A DNA stretch of 64,000 nucleotides from an uncultured virus (IMG/VR IMGVR_UViG_3300043313_000329) (IMGVR_UViG_3300043313_000329); one strand, 5' to 3'; numbered from the stretch's first letter, positions 46,914 through 56,360 are shown. Numbers and translations: made by a program. The notes: generated by a model from the sequence alone, not told the origin.

Positions 46914-48713
46914 ATGAACATGCCGGAATACGGACCTCAGACCGTATATGCCGACCAGTTAGATGCCGAAAAATACCGGGCACCCGGTGAGACTTTCCGT
47001 GAGGCCACCAGCCGCGTTGCCCGCGTGGTGGCAGACGGTGAACACCACTACCGCCAAGTCAACGAAATCACACTCAACCAGCGCTTCCTGTTCGGCGGTC
47101 GTATCCGGGCAGCGCTGGGCTCACCAAAGAACACCACCGCCTACAACTGCTTTGTGTCAGGCATAATACCAGACAGCTTCACTGACCGCGACAACAGCCA
47201 CAAGTCATCCATCATGGACCGTGCCACCGAGAGCGCCAAGACCATGCGCATGGGTGGCGGCATCGGCTACGGCTTCAGCCACCTGCGGCCACGCGGGGCC
47301 ATGATTGAGAAGCTACAAAGCGCCAGCAGCGGCCCCTTAGGTTTTATGCCGATCTTCAACAGCGTGGGGCAGGCCACCAGCAGCGCCGGTAACCGGCGCG
47401 GCGCGCAGATGGGTATGCTGCGCATAGACCACCCTGACATCCTTGAGTTCATACGCATCAAGCAGAACCCCGACGCGCTCACCGGCTTCAACATCAGCGT
47501 GGCCGTGACCGATGAGTTCATGGATCACCTGCAAAGCGGCATGCCGTTCGCGCTGCGCCACGGCGGCACCGTCTACAGCCACGTTGACCCCGCCGAGCTG
47601 TGGAATGAAATCATGCTCTCAAATTGGGACTGGGGCGAGCCCGGCGTGATCTTTATAGACACCATCAACCGCCGCAACAACCTCTGGTACTGTGAGACCA
47701 TTGAGGCCACCAACCCTTGCGCTGAGCAACCGCTGCCGCCGTTCGGCGCGTGCCTGCTGGGCAGCTTCAACCTTGTCAAATACCTGACGTGGCAGGGCCG
47801 GGAGAACCGCTGGGCGTTTGACTGGGACTACCTGCGCTCTGACATACCGCCCATCATACGCGCCATGGATAACGTGGTAGACGCCGCCAAGTACCCGTTG
47901 CAGGAGCAGGAGGCTGAGGCCAAAAGCAAGCGCCGCATGGGCGTGGGCATCACCGGGCTGGCCAACGCGCTTGAAGCCTGTGGCCACAGCTATGGCGTTG
48001 AAAGCTTCTTGGACATCGAGGCCAAGATCATGCACATGATCCAGCGCGAGGCGTACCTGACCGGCGCGCAGCTGGCGCGTGAGAAGGGGGCGTTCCCGCT
48101 GTTTGACGCTGACCGCTACCTCAAGGGCAAGCACGTGTGCACCCTTGACCGTGACGTGCAGGAGCAGATACGCATCTGGGGCCTGCGCAACAGCCACTAC
48201 ACCAGCGTGGCACCCACCGGCACCATCAGCCAGACGGCTGACAACGTAAGCTCATCGGCAGAGCCGGTGTTCCGCTGGCGGCAGGAGCGTGACGTGAACA
48301 TGCTGGCGGGCAAGCGGACCATTGACCTGTACGACTACGGCTTTGACAAGCTGCACGTGCGGGGCAAGCGCGCGGCGTTCGGTGAGGTGACGGCCAACCA
48401 GCACGTTGACGTGCTGACCCGTGCCCAGAGCTATGTTGACAGCGCCGTCAGCAAGACCATCAACGTGACCGGCAGCATGCCCATGGAGGACTTCAAGGGC
48501 GTTTACACCAAGGTCTACGAGAAAGGCGGCAAGGGCTGCACCACCTTTAATGCCGATGGCAAGCGCGCCGGTATCTTCAAACTGAGCCCGGAACCCCCGG
48601 ACCTGCCGTTTGCCAGCCCGGTGGTTGACGCGCTGCTGGGTGGCATAGGGGATTACGCCGATGGGCAGGCATGCTATTTTGACCCATCAACCGGCATGAG
48701 GACCTGCGAATGA
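46914..48713 (+). CDS. nrdJ: Class II (B12-dependent) ribonucleotide reductase
   Basis: YNCFV, GGGIG..FS.LRP, RRGAQMG, TNPCAEQPL, APTGTIS, C-terminal Cys pair; no small subunit adjacent. Confidence 0.88.
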   Translation: MNMPEYGPQTVYADQLDAEKYRAPGETFREATSRVARVVADGEHHYRQVNEITLNQRFLFGGRIRAALGSPKNTTAYNCFVSGIIPDSFTDRDNSHKSSIMDRATESAKTMRMGGGIGYGFSHLRPRGAMIEKLQSASSGPLGFMPIFNSVGQATSSAGNRRGAQMGMLRIDHPDILEFIRIKQNPDALTGFNISVAVTDEFMDHLQSGMPFALRHGGTVYSHVDPAELWNEIMLSNWDWGEPGVIFIDTINRRNNLWYCETIEATNPCAEQPLPPFGACLLGSFNLVKYLTWQGRENRWAFDWDYLRSDIPPIIRAMDNVVDAAKYPLQEQEAEAKSKRRMGVGITGLANALEACGHSYGVESFLDIEAKIMHMIQREAYLTGAQLAREKGAFPLFDADRYLKGKHVCTLDRDVQEQIRIWGLRNSHYTSVAPTGTISQTADNVSSSAEPVFRWRQERDVNMLAGKRTIDLYDYGFDKLHVRGKRAAFGEVTANQHVDVLTRAQSYVDSAVSKTINVTGSMPMEDFKGVYTKVYEKGGKGCTTFNADGKRAGIFKLSPEPPDLPFASPVVDALLGGIGDYADGQACYFDPSTGMRTCE

Positions 48714-49033
48714 CCGCCCCCAGCAGCAAGCATCTGGCCAGTGTCCTGAAACGGGCCGGGTTTGATGAATTGGCGGCCCGCGCTGAGCGTGATGAGTTCC
48801 ATGATTACCTGTCAGACCACGGCCTGCCGGGCATGGAACTTGACACGGCGCTGCTGGCCATCATTCAGGACCCCACCTACAGCCCCGAGAAGCGTGACGC
48901 CGCCAGCATGATCAGGGCGCGTCATCACGCCGGGGACTTTGACGCCACCAAGACCGAGAGCGATGCATGGGCGGCCAGTCCTGACGGGCTGCGGGCCTTG
49001 GGGCAGCTGAACAAAGACCTGAAAAAGAAGTGA
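48710..49033 (+). CDS. Hypothetical protein
   Basis: ATGA overlap. Confidence 0.55.
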   Translation: MTAPSSKHLASVLKRAGFDELAARAERDEFHDYLSDHGLPGMELDTALLAIIQDPTYSPEKRDAASMIRARHHAGDFDATKTESDAWAASPDGLRALGQLNKDLKKK

Positions 49034-49485
49034 GCATTGCCGATAACGGTCTGCGCCGCGTGGTGCAGACCTACCTGCCCAAGTCAAAGGGCTGGCTGTG
49101 GACCCCGCTTGAAACCGGGGCCACGCAGGCCGGGGTGCCAGACAGCTTCTACGCGCACCTGCACACCCGCATCAACGGCTGGGTTGAACACAAGGCCACC
49201 AGCGGCTGGGCTGTGGGCGTCAGGCCGCATCAGGTAGCATGGATTGAGCGCCACTTGCAGGCGGGCGTGCGCTGCACGGTGCTGGTGCGGGCCGGGGGCA
49301 TCGGTAGCACCCGGTCAGCCGGGGATGCGCTGTGGGCTATTGCGGGTTCTGGTGTACGACTGTTATCTGAATACGGCCTGCGTGACTTGCCCAGCCATAC
49401 CGTGCTGGGCCAGTGGGTGGGTGACCCGCATGACTGGGATTGGGCCGCTGTGGCCCAGATACTGACGGAGAAGACACATGGCTAA
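49030..49485 (+). CDS. PD-(D/E)xK nuclease (VRR-NUC/resolvase-like)
   Basis: GVPD..WVEHK..RPHQVAW. Confidence 0.7.
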   Translation: MSIADNGLRRVVQTYLPKSKGWLWTPLETGATQAGVPDSFYAHLHTRINGWVEHKATSGWAVGVRPHQVAWIERHLQAGVRCTVLVRAGGIGSTRSAGDALWAIAGSGVRLLSEYGLRDLPSHTVLGQWVGDPHDWDWAAVAQILTEKTHG

Positions 49486-49672
49486 CGGCGCATCAACCTG
49501 CGAGTTCTTCATTGAGGGCGGCGGCTCAAAGGGCCGCTACCAGATGTACAACCCGCCCATCACGGGCGATGACGTGACGTGGGGCGAAGACACCTACACC
49601 GTGGTGCGCCGCAATGTTGATGTGCAGGATAACTTTGTGCGCATCACCATGAGGCGCAAGGACAGCGCCTGA
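49478..49672 (+). CDS. Small hypothetical protein
   Basis: GGAG RBS; resembles 19670-19867. Confidence 0.5.
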   Translation: MANGASTCEFFIEGGGSKGRYQMYNPPITGDDVTWGEDTYTVVRRNVDVQDNFVRITMRRKDSA

Positions 49673-49878
49673 TGCTGGTGCTGGTGCTGATAGCCTGTCT
49701 GAACGCTGAGTGCCGCGTGGTGCAGCTGTCAGAGCCGGTGGTGGCGGCGGGCTGCATGGCCAGCGCCCAGATGGCGGCGGCGCGGTGGGTGGGTGATCAC
49801 CCCCGGTACAGGGTCAAGAAGCTGCTGTGCGTGCGCCCTGACCAGCTGGTTGACCTTCTGGATGAGTACCGGGCATGA
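49672..49878 (+). CDS. Small Cys-containing exported-type protein
   Basis: LVLIACL..C..CM..AQ..AA.W...HP.Y.V....C pattern common in Alphaproteobacteria. Confidence 0.5.
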   Translation: MLVLVLIACLNAECRVVQLSEPVVAAGCMASAQMAAARWVGDHPRYRVKKLLCVRPDQLVDLLDEYRA

Positions 49879-50078
49879 TCATCTGGCGCAGGCCACCAGA
49901 GGCTCACCGCTGCACCAAGTGCGATTACTGCCTGCGCCTATGGTATGAGGAGTGTCGCTGGTCTGACTGTCAGCAGCCGCACCATGGCGAAAGCAAGTGG
50001 TCTGTGGTGGCCGTGGATTGGGGCATGTTCACCGGGGTGGTGGCCATGGGCGTGGTCATCAAGATGCTGCTTGCCTGA
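49875..50078 (+). CDS. Small hypothetical protein
   Basis: ATGA overlap; C-terminal TM. Confidence 0.4.
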   Translation: MIIWRRPPEAHRCTKCDYCLRLWYEECRWSDCQQPHHGESKWSVVAVDWGMFTGVVAMGVVIKMLLA

Positions 50079-50083
50079 GACAA

Positions 50084-50110
50084 CAAAAAGGCCGCCCGGT
50101 AAGGGCGGCC
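50084..50110 (-). terminator. Intrinsic terminator of the leftward early unit
   Basis: GGCCGCCC/GGGCGGCC stem with TTTTTG on the minus strand. Confidence 0.6.
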
Positions 50111-50184
50111 AAGGTTGGGTTTCTCTAGGGTCCAGCACATTTAGGGGTAATGGTTGCCTTTGGCAATGCCCACAGGCCCGTCAG

Positions 50185-50249
50185 GCAGCCCCGCCAGAGC
50201 GTTTTATGGGGCCGGGGGCTACCTGACACCGGGCAGCCCCCTTCAAACG
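50185..50249. repeat. Dispersed element A copy 2 (CGTTT-N40-AAACG)
   Basis: Matches 19574-19638. Confidence 0.7.
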
Positions 50250-50265
50250 CGCCCTAGAGGCCCGC

Positions 50266-50445
50266 CTAGCTATCCGCGTCAGGCAGCACTTCTTTAGCCT
50301 CATCCCAGCGCAATGGCGGGGCGGGCCGCTCAATCTTGGTGCGGAACCGCTTCTTGCAGTTCTTGCAGCCGTAGACCTTTGAGGCAGTGCCGGAGCCGCT
50401 GATATAGTAGGCGGTCCCTTCCTGATTGCAGTGTGGGCATTTCAT
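50266..50445 (-). CDS. Zn-ribbon small protein
   Basis: MKCPHC...YGCKNCKKRF; GAGGAG RBS. Confidence 0.55.
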   Translation of the reverse strand: MKCPHCNQEGTAYYISGSGTASKVYGCKNCKKRFRTKIERPAPPLRWDEAKEVLPDADS

Positions 50446-50460
50446 GCGTCGGATCTCCTC

Positions 50461-50670
50461 TCACGGCTGAAACGTCAGCCCTACCTGTTTGACACAAGCC
50501 ACAATAGTGGTGGGTGCTTCAGGACTGAGCTTTTTGAGTTCCGCAAACCCTAACTCATAGATGAGTTTTTGTGTGTCGCACTCAGCCTGCGGTAGACCGG
50601 TGATCACGACCCGGCTTTTATCCCCCACCGTGTTACCAGTCAGCGCTATTACGATCAAAGCCCACTTCAT
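50461..50670 (-). CDS. Small exported hypothetical protein
   Basis: MKWALIVIAL signal-like N-terminus. Confidence 0.45.
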   Translation of the reverse strand: MKWALIVIALTGNTVGDKSRVVITGLPQAECDTQKLIYELGFAELKKLSPEAPTTIVACVKQVGLTFQP

Positions 50671-51401
50671 CAGAGGCCCCGTTCATGCGGCTGTTGCCGC
50701 AGCACCCGTTGTTCGGCACAGGGGTTTGTGTACGTCACCTGCACCCGCGCCCACGTCTCAGCCACAAGGGCAGCATTCTTGGCCGCTCTTTCTGGGTTGG
50801 GGTCGCGGTAGTTCTCAAGCTCGTCATGCTCAAGCTCAACCATGTCATGGAACAGCCTGCGCATGCTGTTGCGGTATTTGGGTCCGCAGATGCGGTAGTT
50901 GAGGGTGCTGACGGTGGGGTCCATGCCCGCCACCCACACCAGATCAGCGTAGGTCTGCATATCCACGGTGGCCACCCGCGTGATGGCAGAGGGCGGTATG
51001 GTGCCGTGGTAGGTGCAGTTGCCCAGCCCCTCAAGGCTCTCACGCCAGAACTGGGCAAACTGTGGCAGGCGGCGGCGGTACCAGCGTGTGCGGTACTTCA
51101 TGGGCTTGTCTATGGGAGCAAGGGCGGCGTCTTTGCGGGTCACCTGTTCCAGCCAGTCTTCATCAGGGGCAAAGGCCCACATATTGAGCTTGCTGGTATC
51201 CACCTCAAGCACCACCATGGGCTCCCCCGGCTTGGTGGCGCTGTAGGCATAGTGCAGGGCGTAGCTGTTGGTCAGGTAGACGGCATCAGGGCAGCTTTCA
51301 ACGCTGTGTCGCCAGTTGCCCGTGCCTTTGCCGCGCGGCTTGAGGCCGTTGGCTAGGATGTCAGGCAGATGGCGGGCGGCGGTTCCATGATACAACTTCA
51401 C
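50670..51401 (-). CDS. ADP-ribosyltransferase-fold protein
   Basis: LYHGT..L.DIL.NGLKP, VYLT..ALHYA, VVLEVD, Y.GTIPP.AI. Confidence 0.6.
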   Translation of the reverse strand: MKLYHGTAARHLPDILANGLKPRGKGTGNWRHSVESCPDAVYLTNSYALHYAYSATKPGEPMVVLEVDTSKLNMWAFAPDEDWLEQVTRKDAALAPIDKPMKYRTRWYRRRLPQFAQFWRESLEGLGNCTYHGTIPPSAITRVATVDMQTYADLVWVAGMDPTVSTLNYRICGPKYRNSMRRLFHDMVELEHDELENYRDPNPERAAKNAALVAETWARVQVTYTNPCAEQRVLRQQPHERGL

Positions 51402-51616
51402 GATCGCACCACCGTGCAGTCATCAAGGACCACCTTGATTGTCTTGCCACTCACGTCAAGCTTGACGTGGGCAATGTCATAGGCGTCGGTGCGCGAGCGC
51501 TGTGACGGCACACCGGCATAGCGCTCCTTGTACTTGGTGATCTTGGTGACCGTGCCATAGCGGTCACCCATCATCCACCTATCGGTATAGGCGGGTATTT
51601 GTACGCGAGTAGTCAT
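51398..51616 (-). CDS. Hypothetical protein
   Basis: Coupled; DRWMMGDRYGTV..VKLD.SG motif. Confidence 0.55.
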   Translation of the reverse strand: MTTRVQIPAYTDRWMMGDRYGTVTKITKYKERYAGVPSQRSRTDAYDIAHVKLDVSGKTIKVVLDDCTVVRS

Positions 51617-51804
51617 GACTGCACCGCCACGGAGCGCGTGCGGTCAAGGGCGGCATCAAAGGCCGCCTCACCGTGCTTCTGCCGCATCAGGCGCAGCATG
51701 TTGTGGCTTGCGCCGTAGCGCGGGTGGCAATGCTGCCCCCAGCCATCGGCCGGGCCATTCAGCACGGCCCAGTAGGCGCGGGCGTCTTGGTCTATTTCAG
51801 TCAT
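51613..51804 (-). CDS. Hypothetical protein
   Basis: AAGGA RBS; downstream of promoter 51837-51870. Confidence 0.5.
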   Translation of the reverse strand: MTEIDQDARAYWAVLNGPADGWGQHCHPRYGASHNMLRLMRQKHGEAAFDAALDRTRSVAVQS

Positions 51805-51836
51805 AGCGGGTCCTTTCCCCGGTTGGTTGATAGTCC

Positions 51837-51870
51837 TTTCTAAACGCTTGTCGCTTTGATGTAAAGCGAT
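51837..51870 (-). promoter_or_regulatory. Sigma70-like promoter overlapped by a palindrome
   Basis: ATCGC-TTTACA-N17-TAGAAA; TCGCTTT-N5-AAAGCGA palindrome at 51851-51869. Confidence 0.55.
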
Positions 51871-51953
51871 ATTTTAGCCGCGCCACAGCACCAGCAGCAA
51901 CATGCCGCCGATGGCAAGGGTCCAGAGCGTTGCTTCCATGACAGGGTGTATCC

Positions 51954-52622
51954 TCATTTCTTGGGTTCGTAACGCACGGTGAACGCAAGAGAACCAACCC
52001 GTAAGCGCTTGAACCAATCATGGTCAAGATTGCGCCAATCTCCTTTATGAGGGTACTGAATAAGGCCGGTCCGTTTGGTGTAGATGCTATCAAGCTCCTC
52101 AATAAGTGAGTGCATGCGGTCTACATCATCTTCAGGTTTGGTCCTGATTACATCCGCAGGCATGACTAGGGACGCAGGTTGTACTGGCGCAGACCATGGC
52201 GTGGTTACACGGTAATTACGTCTAGCCCTTTGCACATTTGGGCGCGGCAATGTCTGTGCCTCAGGCACGTGGAGAACAATATCATCACCATCCATTGACC
52301 AATCACACAAGGCCATGCCGTGTTGGTGTGTATATCGTTTCAATAGCCGATTAGGCTTAGTGAAGCAGATACGATAGGGCCATTGTTGACTTGGTGACCA
52401 ACCCCTGCCCGCACCTCCATGACTACGTAGAATGCTAGGTCCGTCGGCTGTGCGTTCCAGTGTAATAGTGCGATAAGTGTCTGACCACCTAAATGTGAAA
52501 TGTTCATAAGTGGTTGGGTCAACAGATTTTATAGATGGTCTAAGTCTCAAGGCTTCAAGATGAGTGTGTTGTAGCCAGATATATAAACCAGATGCTGGAC
52601 GTGTAACGCCTATTTTCGACAT
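51954..52622 (-). CDS. Hypothetical protein (AT-rich, likely recently acquired)
   Basis: 222-aa ORF with GGGG RBS; visibly lower GC. Confidence 0.55.
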   Translation of the reverse strand: MSKIGVTRPASGLYIWLQHTHLEALRLRPSIKSVDPTTYEHFTFRWSDTYRTITLERTADGPSILRSHGGAGRGWSPSQQWPYRICFTKPNRLLKRYTHQHGMALCDWSMDGDDIVLHVPEAQTLPRPNVQRARRNYRVTTPWSAPVQPASLVMPADVIRTKPEDDVDRMHSLIEELDSIYTKRTGLIQYPHKGDWRNLDHDWFKRLRVGSLAFTVRYEPKK

Positions 52623-52666
52623 TTATTTAACCCCTTTTTATCATGAGGGAGTTTATACCCTCCCTT

Positions 52667-53581
52667 TCATACCTTGTAAAATTTCCTGTGAAGATCATCA
52701 GCGGTGCGCCAGTTGACCTTGGCACTGCGCACGGTCACCACCACGCCGCTCTTGAGGTGGCGCATGTGGCCGCGCCGCCAATGGGCCACAGGGCTGGCGT
52801 GCTGGCCGCCCTGAGCGGTTCTCTTGCCGCTGGCGTGGCTAAGGCAGGCGGTGACGTAATCACGCGTGCAGACCGTGTTGTGGGCCGGTATGGGCGGCTT
52901 GCCGCGCTTGGCACGGGCCCGGTTGAGCTTTTCCGGGGGAGGCGTGTGGGTGATGGGTATGCTGGCATCCGCAAGCAGCCTCAGCATGGTCACCAGAGGG
53001 TCCAATGAATTGCTCCCCCGGTTGCGCTGCTCCTGCAACGTCTCAACATAGCCACCGGGGTATTTCATGTGGGCCGGAGATACCTGCGTGTCGCCTATGC
53101 CACCCACCTTGATTGACACCATGTCATAGATCAGCAGGGCTGGATGCAAGTGGGGCATGTGGACGCCATATAGCTCCACCACCAGCGTGTCATAGCCATT
53201 GATGGGATGAGGCACCACAAGGTAGCCGTTGAAGCCGCCCTCCCAGCTGGTGACGCCCAGCCAGCTGTCAAACGGGTGGGCAAGCTCACCGGCCTCAAAC
53301 ATCTGGCGAGTGGCCAAGCTCTCAGACATGATGACAGCGTTGGGTATGTAGCCGAAGTCAATCATGCGCCCTGAGGCAACCACGCCCCTGATGGTGTCCT
53401 TGAGGTAGGTGACATCAGCCTCATCCTGCACATCAAGCATGGGGTTAATGGCCAGTATGCCCTCAAGAACGGCGTTGCGGAATGCCTCAGCGCTCCTGAC
53501 GGGGTGTGTGATTAGATTTTCAAACAGCAGGGTGATGATCTGCGCCGCCTGCTGCTGCGGCACCAAGGTCAATTCGTTCAT
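52667..53581 (-). CDS. Hypothetical protein with C-terminal HWRRGH motif
   Basis: KLNRAR.KRGKPP..SPVAHWRRGH.RHL. Confidence 0.65.
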   Translation of the reverse strand: MNELTLVPQQQAAQIITLLFENLITHPVRSAEAFRNAVLEGILAINPMLDVQDEADVTYLKDTIRGVVASGRMIDFGYIPNAVIMSESLATRQMFEAGELAHPFDSWLGVTSWEGGFNGYLVVPHPINGYDTLVVELYGVHMPHLHPALLIYDMVSIKVGGIGDTQVSPAHMKYPGGYVETLQEQRNRGSNSLDPLVTMLRLLADASIPITHTPPPEKLNRARAKRGKPPIPAHNTVCTRDYVTACLSHASGKRTAQGGQHASPVAHWRRGHMRHLKSGVVVTVRSAKVNWRTADDLHRKFYKV

Positions 53582-53790
53582 GGCTTCAACCGTGTGTTCT
53601 TCAGCTGGTGCATGCGTATGGCAAGGATCAGGTGCACCAGCTGCTTGACATCATCATTGAGCTCGGTCTGCGTGTAGCCCTTGGTCTTGTAGCCGTGCAG
53701 GTTCTCCAGTAGGGTGGTGATGACAGGCAGGTCGTTCTTTGACCCGTCAATCAGGGTGAACCACTCCATGTGGTCAAGGGCGCGGGTCAT
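53578..53790 (-). CDS. Hypothetical protein
   Basis: ATGA coupling on both sides; GGAGG RBS. Confidence 0.5.
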   Translation of the reverse strand: MTRALDHMEWFTLIDGSKNDLPVITTLLENLHGYKTKGYTQTELNDDVKQLVHLILAIRMHQLKNTRLKP

Positions 53791-54083
53791 GGCGCAACCT
53801 CCGGCATGACCTCAGCGCGGCAGCCCTGTTCGGTCACTATCCTGACCAGCCACAGCTGGTCAGCGCCCAGCACAACCACGCCCACCCAGCCGTGCGTGGT
53901 CTGCACGGCGCTGGCGGTGGTGTTGGGCAGCCCCAGCCGCGCGGCGGCGGCCTTGGCCTTGGCGGCGGTGGCGTGGGTGGTTTCAGTGATGCTGGGCGGC
54001 GGCAGCTTGGCCCGCGCCTTCAAGGCGCGGTCTGCCAGAGCGTCTTCACGGGCCTGCGTGATCTGGTGCTTCATTTTGGGCAC
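53787..54083 (-). CDS. Hypothetical protein
   Basis: GAGG RBS; coupled. Confidence 0.5.
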   Translation of the reverse strand: MPKMKHQITQAREDALADRALKARAKLPPPSITETTHATAAKAKAAAARLGLPNTTASAVQTTHGWVGVVVLGADQLWLVRIVTEQGCRAEVMPEVAP

Positions 54084-54197
54084 TTGGGGGTCCTCTTGAT
54101 GAAGATGAAGGGTTGACCGGGCACCTGCTTGATGGTGGCAGGCTTGGGCTTGGGCATGCGGCGCAGCAGGTCTTCAACGGTGGCGGGTCGCCATTGC

Positions 54198-54494
54198 TTA
54201 GGCACCGGCCACCTCCTTGAAGCCAAATGAGGCCACCTCATAGGTGGTGCCCTCAAGCACAAAGCGGTCGCCCATCATGCTTGAGCGCAGGCCCCGCTCT
54301 TGGCCAAGGGCCGTCTGCGGCAGCGGTGCGCGCACGGTGACGTATTCACGGTAGTCAGGGTTGCCGGGGCGCGACCAAGAGCCTTCTATGTTCTGGGTGG
54401 CCTGATAGGCATATTCAAGCGCGTCTTCCCCAGTCTCAGGGGTTTCCACAGACGCCACGTGAACGGGGCCGTGGTAGACTTCTACGGTAGACAT
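54198..54494 (-). CDS. Hypothetical protein (YodL-like RSSMMGD motif)
   Basis: AGGAGG RBS; LEYAY..TQNIEGSWS..GLRSSMMGD..Y.VA.FGF. Confidence 0.65.
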   Translation of the reverse strand: MSTVEVYHGPVHVASVETPETGEDALEYAYQATQNIEGSWSRPGNPDYREYVTVRAPLPQTALGQERGLRSSMMGDRFVLEGTTYEVASFGFKEVAGA

Positions 54495-54524
54495 GGCTGG
54501 TTGGCCTCCTGTTGAGAAGGCTAA

Positions 54525-54558
54525 ACCATACAATCGTCTTTTCGTGTTGTAAAGCGAT
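54525..54558 (-). promoter_or_regulatory. Sigma70-like promoter
   Basis: ATCGC-TTTACA-N17-TATGGT. Confidence 0.6.
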
Positions 54559-55037
54559 TAAAGCGGGTTGATGAAGGGTTGTGCGGTACGGTACAGCTGC
54601 GGCTCACCAAACTCACCGGGGGCAATGTCAGTGAAGCCGTAACTGCGGAAGAAGTCCGCCAACCGGGGAACACTTACGTCTGGTTCCACATTTCGTATGA
54701 TCACGGTGCAGTCCTTGCCATCGTGATCCAGATCACTCATCACAATCGCTGTCAATGAGCGCGCATAGCCCTTGCCGCGCTGGCTGCGGTTGACGCTGAC
54801 AAACATGTAGCGGTGCGGCTGGCCGGTCTCACCCAGCACCATGGCCACGATGACGGTGCTGACCTGACCATCCTGATAGAGGTTCTTGACGCGGGGTGGG
54901 TCCGGCTCAACCGTTTGTGGATTAGGGGCCGGGGGCGGTTGAGCCGGTTCATCCGCTGGGGGCGGGTGAAGTCGTGAAGGGTCATGTGCAAACATGGGCA
55001 TGCAACACAGCGTACACCACGCTGTGCCGCATGTCAT
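54558..55037 (-). CDS. GNAT-family acetyltransferase-like protein (start uncertain)
   Basis: VSVN.SQRGKGYA acetyl-CoA motif; L.DFFRSYGF. Confidence 0.65.
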   Translation of the reverse strand: MTCGTAWCTLCCMPMFAHDPSRLHPPPADEPAQPPPAPNPQTVEPDPPRVKNLYQDGQVSTVIVAMVLGETGQPHRYMFVSVNRSQRGKGYARSLTAIVMSDLDHDGKDCTVIIRNVEPDVSVPRLADFFRSYGFTDIAPGEFGEPQLYRTAQPFINPL

Positions 55038-55041
55038 GGGG

Positions 55042-55368
55042 CTATGGGTTGGTCCATGTCAGGTGGGCATGGGCGGTGTCCCAGCGCAGGTCGTCAGGGC
55101 GCAGGCCAAGGGCCAGCAGCTGAGGCCATGTGAGGCCATCGCGGTAGAGCGCGTAGCGATCACGTGCGGCTGATCCCTTCTGCTTGGGGTTGGGGATGTG
55201 GCTGAGCAGCGGGCCGTAGTCGTGCTTAGTTCGTTTCTTGGGTGTGGGCGTGGCCATCTTGGCCGGGCACGGCGGCCATGGCTTGGGGTTCAGCTGGGGG
55301 TCCTGAGGGCAATAGGTGATGGGGTTGTGCAAGCAGTAGTCAGCGATCAGGTGGTGGAGTTCTGTCAT
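55042..55368 (-). CDS. NPK-domain protein
   Basis: NPKQKGSAARDRYALYRDGLT..LGLRPDDLRWD; AGGA RBS. Confidence 0.65.
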   Translation of the reverse strand: MTELHHLIADYCLHNPITYCPQDPQLNPKPWPPCPAKMATPTPKKRTKHDYGPLLSHIPNPKQKGSAARDRYALYRDGLTWPQLLALGLRPDDLRWDTAHAHLTWTNP

Positions 55369-55433
55369 GGGCGTTGTCCTAGTTTGCAGGCTTGCCTGTG
55401 GCAGTGCAGATCACCACAGGCAAGTGGTTGAGA

Positions 55434-56360
55434 TTACTGGGTTATACGGCTCTGGCTAGCTCCCCCGGTCACGGCGGTGCCAAGGTGCACCTTGTTGCCA
55501 GCGGCCTGCCCGGCAGCCCGTGCGGCGTCACTGCGGGCCATGGCAATGCGCACGGTTTTGGCCTTGCCCAGTTTCAGGTCTTGGGCGTCCCACTGTTCCT
55601 TCACTACAGCGTTCTTGACCACCATCAGGCTGGTGCCGCTGGTGGTCATTAAATCCTCTGTGTGACGGGCTTTGAGCATGTCACCAAGACGCGCATTTAC
55701 GCGGTCGGCAAAGGCCGCCATGAAGGTGTTGCGCAGGCGCATGCCGGTACGCTCGTGGGTGGCATTGCGGTAGGCCAGATATGAGCGGTCCATAGCGCCC
55801 TCAATGACCCGTAGCAGGTAGGTGGCCACTTCAACGTCAGCCGGGAGGCCGAAGAAGTTGATCTGCCCGGTGCCACGGCGGTGCCAGACCACGCAGTTGC
55901 AGAACTTGGCGATCTGGTTGGCGCACCATTGGCTGGGGTGCGGGCGGGCCCGGTGAGCGCCGTGAATGCCGGTGGTGCACTTTTCCTCCCTGATTTCAGT
56001 TTCGCTCATGTCAACGCCGTATTTGTCCATGAGCTTGCCCGCCATTTCAGCGGCGGCCATGGCTTCCTGCTCGGTGCAACCGTTCTCAACGGTTTTGTTC
56101 AGCAGGTTGCGGATGCGGTTGACGGCGGCGCTGCGGTTGCTGGTCTGGGTGGCGGCGGCAAAGGTGCTGGCTTCAGCGGGGATTGCTATGAAGCCGTGGG
56201 CTTCGTCGTAGCGCAGGTCTTCACGCAGGCCACCGGCAGCCAAGAACTCGCTGGGTGTCATGCCATCCTTGTACAGGCTGAAGCGGTAATGGGCCTTGGT
56301 GCCCGGCTTCTTGGGGTTTGAAGACACGAGTATGCGAATGCGTGCTACAGGTCGTTTCAT
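55434..56360 (-). CDS. NPK domain fused to DUF2786-like domain
   Basis: N-terminal NPKKPGTKAHYRFSLYKDGMT; RIRNLL.K....TEQEA.AA...A.KLM.KYG; FFG..ADV..A.Y; G..AG..V.L. Confidence 0.75.
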   Translation of the reverse strand: MKRPVARIRILVSSNPKKPGTKAHYRFSLYKDGMTPSEFLAAGGLREDLRYDEAHGFIAIPAEASTFAAATQTSNRSAAVNRIRNLLNKTVENGCTEQEAMAAAEMAGKLMDKYGVDMSETEIREEKCTTGIHGAHRARPHPSQWCANQIAKFCNCVVWHRRGTGQINFFGLPADVEVATYLLRVIEGAMDRSYLAYRNATHERTGMRLRNTFMAAFADRVNARLGDMLKARHTEDLMTTSGTSLMVVKNAVVKEQWDAQDLKLGKAKTVRIAMARSDAARAAGQAAGNKVHLGTAVTGGASQSRITQ

